Shown: positions 1 to 8,970 of the stretch, one piece after another
How positions within the stretch are numbered: the stretch's first letter is position 1
How the letters are laid out: each line of letters opens with the position of its first letter
DNA from: Anaerolineae bacterium
GTDB lineage: Bacteria > Chloroflexota > Anaerolineae > Epilineales > Epilineaceae
Reading direction: 5' to 3'
Assembly: GCA_029262755.1 (NCBI GenBank)
Contig: JAJCYU010000149.1
Span: forward strand, 1-33,976
Length of the DNA stretch: 33,976 nt
Position numbers and translations under genes: made by a program
Notes under the pieces: generated by a model
Databases searched by the model: none
Told to the model about the DNA's origin: nothing
The model's input: only the letters and a program-made list of their open reading frames with translations

Positions 1-2
1 CT

Positions 3-305
3 CTGCGCCGCATCGCGGATAGCTTCAACCTGCCTTACGACCACGACCCATCCCACCCCCAACACCCGATCAGCATCACGCGCGCCGAATTCGACGAAGC
101 GCTGGATCGCTTAGCCGCGGCGAAGGTGCCGCTGCACGCAGATCGCGACCGCGCTTGGAAGGACTTTGCCGGCTGGCGCGTGAACTACGACGAGCCGCTG
201 CTCGGCCTCGCCGCGCTCGTGATGGCGCCGGTCGCACCGTGGACCTCGGACCGCTCGCCCGCCCGCGGCCGGATGGTGCAGCGCTACGGTGCGCCGGGGG
301 ATTGA
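3..305 (+). CDS. 3' end of a conserved hypothetical protein (5'-partial); resembles the C-terminal region seen in some ion-channel-associated proteins
   Basis: Own translation of frame 3: LRRIADSFNLPYDHDPSHPQHPISITRAEFDEALDRLAAAKVPLHADRDRAWKDFAGWRVNYDEPLLGLAALVMAPVAPWTSDRS...GD*, with TGA at 303-305. Protein-like composition. Absent from the ORF track because the start lies outside the window. The family link is from memory only. Confidence 0.7.
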   Translation: MRRIADSFNLPYDHDPSHPQHPISITRAEFDEALDRLAAAKVPLHADRDRAWKDFAGWRVNYDEPLLGLAALVMAPVAPWTSDRSPARGRMVQRYGAPGD

Positions 306-437
306 GGATCAATGGCCTGCGTCTCCGATCGCCGCGGGACGAGCTGCCAACCCATTCCCGCGGCAGTTCAGGCAACCGGCCGATCATCGGCAGTAGCGAC
401 CGCGACCGAGCGCCTTGCTCGCCTCACACTTGCTACG

Positions 438-1340
438 CTAGCGACACGGATCCAGGTCGAGCGCATCGCGCAGGCGGGCCACCACGTTGGCGTCGGCCGC
501 GTCGTCTCCGATCGATCGTCCGCCTACGCGCGCAAGCGGACGGACGCCGTACAACGCGTTGGTTAGCAACGCGAGATCGGCCGCGTAGAGGTCGGGCACG
601 GTGACGGGCGCAACGACCGGCGTGAAGCCCAGCGCATCGGCCGTCGATAGCAGCGCGGCCCGCACCGTGCCGGCCTTCGCGCCCTCCGCAAGCGGCGGCG
701 TCCATAGACGGCCGTGCTTGACCACAAACAGATTGGCCGCGTCCGCTCCCGCGATCCGACCATCCTCGTTGCGCCGTAGCGCAAGGTCGGCGCCCGCGTG
801 TCGCGCCTCGCGGCGTGCCTGGACGGCGCTCGTGTAGTCCAACGTCTTGTGACGCGCGAGCGGACCGCGCACTACAGGATGGCGGCTGAAGATCGCGCTC
901 GCCCGAGGCGCCTCGAAGGGCCGTATGGCCAGTGCGTCCGCCGTCACGAGGAGCGTGGGACGGAAGGACTCCGGACGTGGAAGCTCGAGGCCGCGCGCGG
1001 GCCGCGTTCCCGGCGCCGCGGGATCGCGTGCCCCGCGCGTCAACGTCAAGCGCAGCACCGCATGTTGGCCGGCGCCGTCAATATTGCGCGCAGCTAGGAG
1101 TTCCGCCGCGATCCGTGCGATGTCGTCCGCCGACGGTGGTGGTGCCAACCCGAGCGCATGGGCGCTCCCCGCGAGACGCGTGGCGTGGCGCGACAGCCGC
1201 GTGATCCGGCCGGCGTGCGCATGCATCGTCTCGAACAGACCGTCGGCCAGCAGCAGTCCCCGGTCGTCGGGCGCAATGCGCGCCGCGGCGGCGGGACGCA
1301 GCGTTCCGTGGAGCCAGACGACATCGTACGGGTCGTTCAT
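438..1340 (-). CDS. PLP-dependent aminotransferase class IV, probable 4-amino-4-deoxychorismate lyase (PabC-like)
   Basis: Motifs DRGLLLADGLFETM, H..RL..SA..L, LRLTLTRG, HKTLDY (catalytic Lys), ANLF, LWTPPL, LTNALYGV. Lies directly downstream of the ADC synthase gene. Start placed at ATG 1340 (MNDPYDVVWLHG). Confidence 0.85.
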   Translation of the reverse strand: MNDPYDVVWLHGTLRPAAAARIAPDDRGLLLADGLFETMHAHAGRITRLSRHATRLAGSAHALGLAPPPSADDIARIAAELLAARNIDGAGQHAVLRLTLTRGARDPAAPGTRPARGLELPRPESFRPTLLVTADALAIRPFEAPRASAIFSRHPVVRGPLARHKTLDYTSAVQARREARHAGADLALRRNEDGRIAGADAANLFVVKHGRLWTPPLAEGAKAGTVRAALLSTADALGFTPVVAPVTVPDLYAADLALLTNALYGVRPLARVGGRSIGDDAADANVVARLRDALDLDPCR

Positions 1341-1427
1341 GGCCGTGCCGATAGGCCGGGCTTGCGCGGGCCACGTCTGGACTTTGTGCAACGCTCCAGG
1401 CGGGGGATGTTGCAACTCATGGTCGCG

Positions 1428-4106
1428 TCATGTCCGGAGGCGCGGATAGCGCAGCGCGCGCGGCAGGCCTGCCCCGGCCGTGCGTTGCGCGCCTGGACGA
1501 CCGAGAATGTTAGACAAGATGCGATGACCGTCCTCGGTCAGCACCGCCTCCGGGTGGAATTGAAGGCCGACCATCGGATAGACGCGATGTCGGAAAGCCA
1601 TGATGGTCCCGTCGGGCAATCGGGCGCTGACCTGCAGCTGCGCCGGCAGCGTCTCGGCCTGGACGATGAGGGAGTGGTAGCGCGTGACCGTCAGCGGTTG
1701 CGACACGCCTTCGAACGCGCCGAGACCGTCGTGTTGTACCTTGGACGTTCGCCCGTGCATGGGCTCGTGGGCGCGTACGACGGTGCCTCCCAAGGCTGTG
1801 GCCATGGCTTGATGGCCCAGACAGATGCCCACCATGGGGATGCGGTGCGCAAGTCTGCGAACGAGCTCGATGCTGACGCCGGCGTCCTCGGGCCGACCCG
1901 GTCCCGGTGAGAGCACGATATGCGCCGGATCGAGCGCGGCGATCTCGTCCACGGTCAATGCGTCGTTGCGCACGACCTCGCGGCTCCAGCCGAGTTCTCC
2001 GATATATCGCGCCAAGTTGTCCACGAAGGAATCGTAGTTGTCGATCAACAGGACGAAGTCTTGGTTTCGGGCTGTAGAGCGATCCGCAGGCTGCCACGAC
2101 CGAGTTCGGACCATCGGCACTCCGGACTCGGCGGGCGCGGGTGTCGCGCCGCGTCCTCCCGCGGGCGACGAATCCGGTGTCCGCGCTTCCCCGCGCGGAT
2201 GGGCCTCGATCTGCGTGGTGCTAGGCGGGGCGCTGACAGCGGAGGGTTGGCTTGCTCCACCGGCACCAACGCCAGGCATGGTTGCGCGCGCTTGCTGCGC
2301 CATCCAACGGCTCATGGCAGCAACCGCCTCTTCCCCGGGCGGCGGCGCACAACCGCGTGCAGCGGCTACGAGGGACGCCGCCTTCACGAGGGTCTCGTCG
2401 TACTCGGCACCGGGAATGGAGTCGGCCACGATGCCGCCGCCCGCGTGGATGCTCACGTAGTCGGCGTCGAGCACCGCGGTGCGGATGGCGACGCTGAGAT
2501 CCATGTCGCCGTTGAAGCCGATCCAACCGATGGCGCCGCAATAGGGACCGCGGCGAACAGGCTCGAGCGCGTGGATGACCTCCATCGCGCGAACACGCGG
2601 CGCACCGGTGATCGACCCGCTCGGGAAGGCGGCTCGCACGAGATCGATGGGGCCGGCATCGGACTTTCGTTCACCGACGACCGTCGACACGAGGTGGTGC
2701 ACGCCGGAAAAGGACTCGAGACGACAGAGTTGGGTGGCCCGAACGCTGCCGTCACGACAGACGCGCGAGAGATCATTGCGCTTCAGATCGACGATCATCA
2801 CGTTCTCGGCGCGATCCTTCTCACTGGCCAGCAGCTGCGCCGCGAGGGCCGCGTCCGTCTCCGGATCGTCCGATCTTGGCCGCGTGCCCTTGACGGGGCG
2901 TGCCTCCACGCGCCCTGCGCGCACCGCCAGAAAGCGTTCCGGAGAGGCCGACGCCAGGGTGATCGGGCCGGCGCGCAGGAAGGCTCCGAAGGGCGCGGGG
3001 CTCGCGGCGCGTAGGCGTTCGTACAACGCGATGTCGTCATCGGCAGCGATGCGCGGAATTCGGAAGCGCTGCGCCAGGTTTGCCTGGAAGAGGTCGCCGG
3101 CATGCACGTGCTCGACGATACGCGCAACGGCGTGTTCGTACGCAGGGCGCGTGAAGTCGGTGAGGACGGGGGGCGCATCGGCGGCGGTCGTTGCAAGCGC
3201 TGGATCGCCGGAAGCCGGCGTATCTGCGTGACCGGCAGCCGCGATGCCTGCGCCGGCCGTTTCGCGAGCGCCTGCACCGGCAACAACCAACTCGTCCCAC
3301 CGATCGACCACGCCCGAGATGCGTTCGCGAGCGCGCAATTGCGCGCGATCCGCAACGAGCTCCGGTAGGCCGCCGCAGAGCACCCAGCATTGCGTCTGCG
3401 CATGATCGAAGGCGATCACGAGATCGTAGAGACCGACGTGCAGATCGGGGGCGCGGCGCCGAGCATCACGGGGTGGATCGACGCGCTCCAGATGATGCAA
3501 CAGGTCGTAGGCGAACATGCCGGCGAGGCCACCCTGGAACGGGGGCAGCTGCGGGTCGGCCGCCCGTTGGCGCGTGGCGAGCAGCTCGGCGAGAACCGCG
3601 AAGGGATCCGCGCACGTCGTCGCGATCCCGTCGCGCGTAACGTGATCGGACCATGCCGAAACGATGTTCAGCGGCTCGAGCGCGAGGTAGGAGTAGCGAG
3701 CATCGGGAACGCGCTCTGCCGCGCCGATGCGGGAGCGGCTATCGCCACGAGCCTGCAAACCGTCCCCCAGCGTTCCCGGATCGTCCGGATTCGCAGTCAC
3801 GATCCCTGGAATGACGTCGTGGCTGGATTTATCGAAGTCCGCGCTCTGCGAAGCGGGCCCAACCCGATCCCGATGAACCGGGTGGGGGTCGTTGCGAAGA
3901 ACTCGGGTGCCGGCTGGCGACGCGCCCAAGCCGGCGTGGCTCGCGGAATCCAGGAAGAGCGTACCGGGCTGTCTGGCGAAGTAGCGGAACGCCAGCAAGG
4001 GCGGCAACCAGGGCAACGCACGCGCCACGACGGGAGGTAGCGGGGTCACGGGGATCGACCTAGCGAGATTTTGTGGTTGCGGTGGACCGGAAGCGGTGGC
4101 GCCCAC
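1428..4106 (-). CDS. pabB: Fused aminodeoxychorismate synthase: N-terminal PabB (chorismate-binding) plus C-terminal PabA/TrpG-type glutamine amidotransferase
   Basis: PabB motifs FLDSA, RYSY, PPFQGG, GDLFQANL, SPERF, PVKGTRPR (Lys diagnostic of PabB versus PIAGT in TrpE), KDRAENVMIVDL, GSITGAP. GATase motifs IDNYDSF, SPGPG, GICLGHQ, TRYHSL, QFHPE. The true start may be GTG at 4049. Confidence 0.88.
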   Translation of the reverse strand: MGATASGPPQPQNLARSIPVTPLPPVVARALPWLPPLLAFRYFARQPGTLFLDSASHAGLGASPAGTRVLRNDPHPVHRDRVGPASQSADFDKSSHDVIPGIVTANPDDPGTLGDGLQARGDSRSRIGAAERVPDARYSYLALEPLNIVSAWSDHVTRDGIATTCADPFAVLAELLATRQRAADPQLPPFQGGLAGMFAYDLLHHLERVDPPRDARRRAPDLHVGLYDLVIAFDHAQTQCWVLCGGLPELVADRAQLRARERISGVVDRWDELVVAGAGARETAGAGIAAAGHADTPASGDPALATTAADAPPVLTDFTRPAYEHAVARIVEHVHAGDLFQANLAQRFRIPRIAADDDIALYERLRAASPAPFGAFLRAGPITLASASPERFLAVRAGRVEARPVKGTRPRSDDPETDAALAAQLLASEKDRAENVMIVDLKRNDLSRVCRDGSVRATQLCRLESFSGVHHLVSTVVGERKSDAGPIDLVRAAFPSGSITGAPRVRAMEVIHALEPVRRGPYCGAIGWIGFNGDMDLSVAIRTAVLDADYVSIHAGGGIVADSIPGAEYDETLVKAASLVAAARGCAPPPGEEAVAAMSRWMAQQARATMPGVGAGGASQPSAVSAPPSTTQIEAHPRGEARTPDSSPAGGRGATPAPAESGVPMVRTRSWQPADRSTARNQDFVLLIDNYDSFVDNLARYIGELGWSREVVRNDALTVDEIAALDPAHIVLSPGPGRPEDAGVSIELVRRLAHRIPMVGICLGHQAMATALGGTVVRAHEPMHGRTSKVQHDGLGAFEGVSQPLTVTRYHSLIVQAETLPAQLQVSARLPDGTIMAFRHRVYPMVGLQFHPEAVLTEDGHRILSNILGRPGAQRTAGAGLPRALRYPRLRT

Positions 4107-4241
4107 CCGGCGCTACGGGTTGGCTCGTACGCCGGAACGCTACGGCGACCGCGACGACCCGGCGCGTAGCGAGTCCCATCGTCGACCGCTGGTCGGAAAA
4201 CACGCGCCAACAACGGCCATTCGCACTGCGTGCGCACACGA

Positions 4242-5651
4242 TCAGGTTCCGGCTTCCACCAGCTCCATCCGCTTTTCCTCCGCGACGGCGATCGGATACT
4301 TGCCGTCGAAGCAAGCGAAGCAGAAGCCCTCGGGGCGATCGACGCATGACTTCAGGCCTTCGACCGTCGTGTAGCGCAGGGTGTCGGCCGTGATGTGCTC
4401 GCGTATCTCGTCGAGGGTCATGCGGGAGCCGATCAGTTCTTGCCGGCTGGGCGTGTCGATGCCGTAGAAGCAGGAATGCGCGGTGATCGGGCTGCCTACC
4501 CGCATGTGGATCTCGGAGGCGCCCGCACCGCGCACCATGCGGGCCAGCTTGCGCGATGTCGTGCCGCGCACGATCGAATCGTCGACCAGCACCACCCGCT
4601 TGCCCTCGAAGACTTCGCGTACGGGGTTGAACTTCAGGCGCACGCCCTCGTCGCGGCGCGACTGCTCGGGGCTGATGAAGGTGCGGCCGACGTAGTGGTT
4701 TCGAATCAGGCCGATCTCGAAGGGCAGCCCGGAGGCCTGCGCGTAGCCGAGTGCCACGGCGTTGCTCGAGTCCGGAACGGGCACAACGACATCGGCCTCG
4801 ACGTCGTCTGTCTCGGCCAGCCAAGCCCCGATGCGCTTGCGTACGTCGTAGGCCAGATGGCCGAAGGCTTTGGAGTCTGGGCGGCTGAAGTAGATGTGCT
4901 CGAAGATGCAATGGGCCGTGTCGACCCGTCCGCGGCGGGCCGCGATGATGTCTGGGTGAGGCAGACGGTGCATGCCTTCCTCATCCCAGGTGATGATCTC
5001 GCCGGGCCCGACCTCGTCCACGAAATCCATGCGGGCGATGTCGAGCGCAGGAGTCTCGCTGGCGATGATCCAATCCTTCCCATCGGTACCGAAGGACAGC
5101 GGACGCACGCCGTAGGGATCACGGAAGGCGAACAGGCGCTCGCGCGTGACCAGCACGGCGCTGTACGCACCGCGAATATCGTCTTGAAGGCGGCGGATGG
5201 CACGCACGAGTGGCATGCCCTCTGAGACGTGCAGCCAAGCGATGTACTTGGCGAGGACCTCACCGTCGTTGCTGCCCTCGAAATCGACGCCGCGCGCTTC
5301 CAGCCACTCACGGATGCCCCAGTAGTTGACGATGTCGCCGTTGGAGCAAAGGGCGAGGATGCCGCCGTCCAGGGTCGTGACCATATGGGGCTGGGTGTTC
5401 TCGGGTCGGTTGCCGCCCTGCGTCGGGTAGCGCACGTGCCCGCATCCGAGTCGACCCGCAAAGTCGTCGCTCGGGCGATGACCGAATACCTCGCGGACGT
5501 ATCCGATACCTTTGTGGAGGCGAAGACGTCGCCCGTCGCTTACGGCCACACCGCATGCGTCCTGGCCCCTATGCTGCATTTGGAAAAGGCCGTTGACGAT
5601 GTCGGCGAAGCCGTCTCGCTCGTCGGAGTAGTAGCCGATGACGCCGCACAT
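4242..5651 (-). CDS. purF: Amidophosphoribosyltransferase
   Basis: N-terminal MCG (Ntn nucleophile Cys), QHRGQD, GHVRY, RDPYGVRPL, CIFEHIYFSRPDS, PRPP loop VLVDDSIVRGTT, CFYGID, CFACF. GGGGAG RBS upstream. Confidence 0.96.
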   Translation of the reverse strand: MCGVIGYYSDERDGFADIVNGLFQMQHRGQDACGVAVSDGRRLRLHKGIGYVREVFGHRPSDDFAGRLGCGHVRYPTQGGNRPENTQPHMVTTLDGGILALCSNGDIVNYWGIREWLEARGVDFEGSNDGEVLAKYIAWLHVSEGMPLVRAIRRLQDDIRGAYSAVLVTRERLFAFRDPYGVRPLSFGTDGKDWIIASETPALDIARMDFVDEVGPGEIITWDEEGMHRLPHPDIIAARRGRVDTAHCIFEHIYFSRPDSKAFGHLAYDVRKRIGAWLAETDDVEADVVVPVPDSSNAVALGYAQASGLPFEIGLIRNHYVGRTFISPEQSRRDEGVRLKFNPVREVFEGKRVVLVDDSIVRGTTSRKLARMVRGAGASEIHMRVGSPITAHSCFYGIDTPSRQELIGSRMTLDEIREHITADTLRYTTVEGLKSCVDRPEGFCFACFDGKYPIAVAEEKRMELVEAGT

Positions 5652-5881
5652 GGCTCGCCGTGCTCCCCCGGGCCGGACATGGCCCCGATTCCGCCTGTTG
5701 GGCGGAGGCTCGTGCTTACGGTTGCATCCGAATTCTAGCGCCCTCGGCGCGCGTCGGGCAGCGTCGAGGATTAATTGTGGTTGATGTTGTATTAGAACAG
5801 GGTTTTGGGGAATCGATGGGGCGGATGAGCGGCGGAGGTGTGTTCCTGTGCAACATCCGCCGCAACCTCGAGGTCACTGTC

Positions 5882-7258
5882 CTATGACTTGGGTTGATAC
5901 ACGTTGGTGGCTTCGGGAAGGAGTTCGGCGACTGCGTCGGCTACGTGCCCCAGCATCTTGGGGTCTTCGGTGCCGGCCAACACGTAGAGCTTCCATAGGT
6001 CGCGATACGAACGCTCAAGATCCGCTAAACGCGGTACGCGATGTCGCGCATGGTTCAGCGGCACCACCCGCGGCTGATCAGGCAGACGTACGTGGGTCTG
6101 CGCCTCCTTGAGCTGCATGCGACGGGCAGGACAATACAGCACGACCAGAGGCGGTTCCGAGCGCGATACGGCCGCGACCCGATCGCGTACGGCTGCTTCG
6201 AAGGCGGCACGCTCTTCGTGCTGACCCGCGGCGAAGAAACGCGCAACCAACGCGTCCTGGACATCGCGGTTGGCGTAGCGGGGAAAGACGCAGGCACGCT
6301 TCAGGAGGCGCCGGCTGCCATAGCGGGCGAGCAACTCGCGCTGCCGCGCGGCCAGCGCCGGCTCCGCGGGCGGATGGGACTCGAGCAAGACACGGAGCGA
6401 CTCGTCGGTCTGCTCGTAGAGGTCCTCCGGTCGTAGACCACCATGCTGCAACGCGTTTTCCACCGCTTGCGCGATGATCGCACCTGCGGTCACCTTGGCA
6501 TGGTGGTAGTAAACCCTCTCGCTGAAAAAGTAACGGGCGTCGAGCACCCGCACGAGCTCGCTGAGGATGTCCTCCCGTAGCAGACCGCGTTTGGCCACGT
6601 CCACGAAGAGGTGGCCGCTATCGCGATCGACCATAAAGTACTGGATCACCCTGTCGTCGTAATGCAGGTTGAGACCCGTGTAATAGGCGTCGCGACGCAG
6701 GTAGTCCAGGATGTCAGCGCAGATCGTGTCCGACAGGATCTCGCGCCAATAGGGCGGCACCGTCGGCAGGTCCGGCTCGTCCTCGGGCAGTAGGACCGCG
6801 AGCACCTCGCGGCGGATACCCATGCGCTCCAGCTGTGCACCAAGCTCGCCTTCCGGCGCCAGCGCACGTCGAAAGCGCGCCGGGCTGTCATGGCGCTCGA
6901 GAATGCCGCTTTGGTCTTCGATGTTGTGACCGAATGGAATGTGGGTGACATCGTGGACGAGCGCCGCAGCACGAAGGATGCGGGCCTCGTCCTCAGCAAC
7001 GCCGATACGCGCCCGCGGCGCCGCCGCACGGTTGTGGTTGATCGCCTCGATCATGCGCCCCGTGAGGTGCATCGTGCCTAAGCTGTGCTCAAAGCGCGTG
7101 TGCTGCGCGCCCGGGAAGACGAGGTAGGCCGTGCCCAATTGTCGTACGCCGCGCAGTCGCTGCATGGCGCGCGTATCGAGGAGGGCGAGCTCGTCCGAGC
7201 TGAGGTGGATGTCGCCGTGCACAGGGTCGCGCACGACCGAGCCACGGCGCCCGCTCAC
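5882..7258 (-). CDS. HD-domain phosphohydrolase (SAMHD1-like dNTP triphosphohydrolase family)
   Basis: RDPVHGDI, MQRLRGVRQLG, FPGAQHTRFEHSLG, AALVHDVTHIPFGH, ADILDYLRRD, VYYH. GTG start overlaps the der stop (GTGA). Confidence 0.88.
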   Translation of the reverse strand: MSGRRGSVVRDPVHGDIHLSSDELALLDTRAMQRLRGVRQLGTAYLVFPGAQHTRFEHSLGTMHLTGRMIEAINHNRAAAPRARIGVAEDEARILRAAALVHDVTHIPFGHNIEDQSGILERHDSPARFRRALAPEGELGAQLERMGIRREVLAVLLPEDEPDLPTVPPYWREILSDTICADILDYLRRDAYYTGLNLHYDDRVIQYFMVDRDSGHLFVDVAKRGLLREDILSELVRVLDARYFFSERVYYHHAKVTAGAIIAQAVENALQHGGLRPEDLYEQTDESLRVLLESHPPAEPALAARQRELLARYGSRRLLKRACVFPRYANRDVQDALVARFFAAGQHEERAAFEAAVRDRVAAVSRSEPPLVVLYCPARRMQLKEAQTHVRLPDQPRVVPLNHARHRVPRLADLERSYRDLWKLYVLAGTEDPKMLGHVADAVAELLPEATNVYQPKS

Positions 7259-8658
7259 GCCTTGCGGGCCTTCTTCTTCGCTTTGCGCGTCGGTCGGCCC
7301 TCGTCATCGCCCTGGCGGAAGCGCAGCTTGATCGCGCTGCCCTCGAAGCCGTAGCGCTCGCGGATCTGGTTCTCGACGTAGCGCTCGTACGTGAAGTGAA
7401 CCAGCTCGACGTCGTTGACGAAGAACACGAAGCGCGGCGGCGCCACGCTGACCTGCGTGCCGTAGCGAATCTTGAGCGGTCGGCCGTTGCGCGTGATCGC
7501 ATGTTTGGCGGTCAGCTCAGCCACGAGGCGGTTGAGCTCACCTGTGGGGATACGCCTACTGCGCTCGGCTTGAATCTCCGTAGCGCGCGCCAGGATCTTG
7601 GTCGCGCGCTGACCTGTCAGAGCAGAGATGAATATGATCGGGGCGTACTCCAGGAATTGAAGCTGGGAGCGAAACTCCTTCTCCAACTCGATGGCGGTCA
7701 TGTGGTCCTTTTCGATAAGGTCCCACTTGTTGATGGCGATAATCGCCCCGACGCCCGCATCGGCCAAGGCGCCGCCGATATGTGCATCCTGGGCCGTCAC
7801 ACCATCCACCGCGTCGATCAGCAGCACGGCTACGTCCGCGCGCTCAAGCGAGCGCATCGCACGCAGAACACTGTAGCGCTCGATGCCCGCTTCAATCCGG
7901 CCTCGCCGTCGCACACCCGCCGTGTCAACGATCACGAACTCCTCACCCTCCCAGCGGACGACCGTGTCCACGGGATCGCGTGTCGTGCCGGGGACCTCGC
8001 TCACCACGGCGCGATCGGAGCCGGTCAATCGGTTGAGCAAGCTCGATTTACCGACGTTGGGCCGACCCACGATGGCGATGCGAAGGCGCCCGTCCTCCGG
8101 TTCCGCTTCACGCACCGGGAGCAGCGCGACGATCTCATCCAACAAGTCGCCGCTGCCGCGGCCGTGGAGCGCCGTGAGCGGATGCGGCTGCCCAAGGCCG
8201 AGGTTCCAGAACTCGGCCGCGTCGTACTGCACGCGTTCCTTTTCGGCCTTGTTCACCGCCACGATCACAGGCTTGCCGCTGCGGCGCAGGAGGTCGGCTA
8301 CGTCCTCGTCACCGGGCGTCATACCGTCCTGCGCGTCCACCAGCAACACGATGACGTCGGCCTCAGCGATGGCAACCATCGCCTGATTGCGGACGCGTTC
8401 GTCCAGGCCGGCGACTCGGGCCTCATCGTCCGGTAGGCGCCGGACGCGTGGGCCACCCTCTTGGGGTAGGCCCTCCAATCCGCCGGTGTCTACCAGCATG
8501 AAGTCTCGCCCGGACCACTCGCCCGGTGCGTAGAGGCGGTCGCGGGTGGTTCCCGGCAAATCCTCGACGATCGCCAGGCGCTGTCCGATAATGCGGTTGA
8601 AGAGCGTCGACTTTCCGACGTTCGGTCGCCCGACGAGAGCGACGAGAGGAAGGCTCAT
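7255..8658 (-). CDS. der: Ribosome biogenesis GTPase Der (EngA)
   Basis: Two tandem G-domains (GRPNVGKS...DTGG...NKAE and GRPNVGKS...DTAG...NKWD) plus a C-terminal KH-like domain (PPRFVFFVN, YERYVENQIR). Confidence 0.97.
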   Translation of the reverse strand: MSLPLVALVGRPNVGKSTLFNRIIGQRLAIVEDLPGTTRDRLYAPGEWSGRDFMLVDTGGLEGLPQEGGPRVRRLPDDEARVAGLDERVRNQAMVAIAEADVIVLLVDAQDGMTPGDEDVADLLRRSGKPVIVAVNKAEKERVQYDAAEFWNLGLGQPHPLTALHGRGSGDLLDEIVALLPVREAEPEDGRLRIAIVGRPNVGKSSLLNRLTGSDRAVVSEVPGTTRDPVDTVVRWEGEEFVIVDTAGVRRRGRIEAGIERYSVLRAMRSLERADVAVLLIDAVDGVTAQDAHIGGALADAGVGAIIAINKWDLIEKDHMTAIELEKEFRSQLQFLEYAPIIFISALTGQRATKILARATEIQAERSRRIPTGELNRLVAELTAKHAITRNGRPLKIRYGTQVSVAPPRFVFFVNDVELVHFTYERYVENQIRERYGFEGSAIKLRFRQGDDEGRPTRKAKKKARKA

Positions 8659-8727
8659 GCGGGGGCCTCTGTGGGTCCGCGGCGCGATAGCGCGCCTGTT
8701 TATGTCAAATGGGACGGAAGAACGGTG

Positions 8728-8736
8728 ATGATAGCA
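8728..8736 (-). promoter_or_regulatory. Putative extended -10 promoter element for der
   Basis: Minus strand reads TGCTATCAT (TGn + TATCAT) about 70 nt upstream of the der ATG, in the divergent der/rpsD intergenic region. Confidence 0.35.
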
Positions 8737-8970
8737 TAGCCGTGTGCGCTGGTGGGCCGGTTAGGGAGCCCGGAAGGGCCGTGATGAAAGGCGGAGCGGG
8801 GTTGTTTGAAATCCCTTCGTCTTGGGCAGGGTAGCCGGCAAATTCCTTGGCAGCGCCAAGGATGTAGGGTATCCTAATGGGGTTGTACTCATAGGTCGGC
8901 GCATGCTGACCGCAGCCATTCGCAGGGCACGCCGCAGCGCGCGCGTGCTTGGACGAGCACCGGAGGATCG

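Noticed and set aside
1428..4106. Anthranilate synthase TrpE(G) or phenazine PhzE assignment
   Set aside because: The PVKGT lysine and the adjacent PabC-like gene favour ADC synthase. No trp or phz genes are nearby.
5652..5881. Purine-related riboswitch (ZTP, PRPP, guanine) upstream of purF
   Set aside because: No recognisable consensus elements by eye. An Rfam scan would be needed to exclude it fully.
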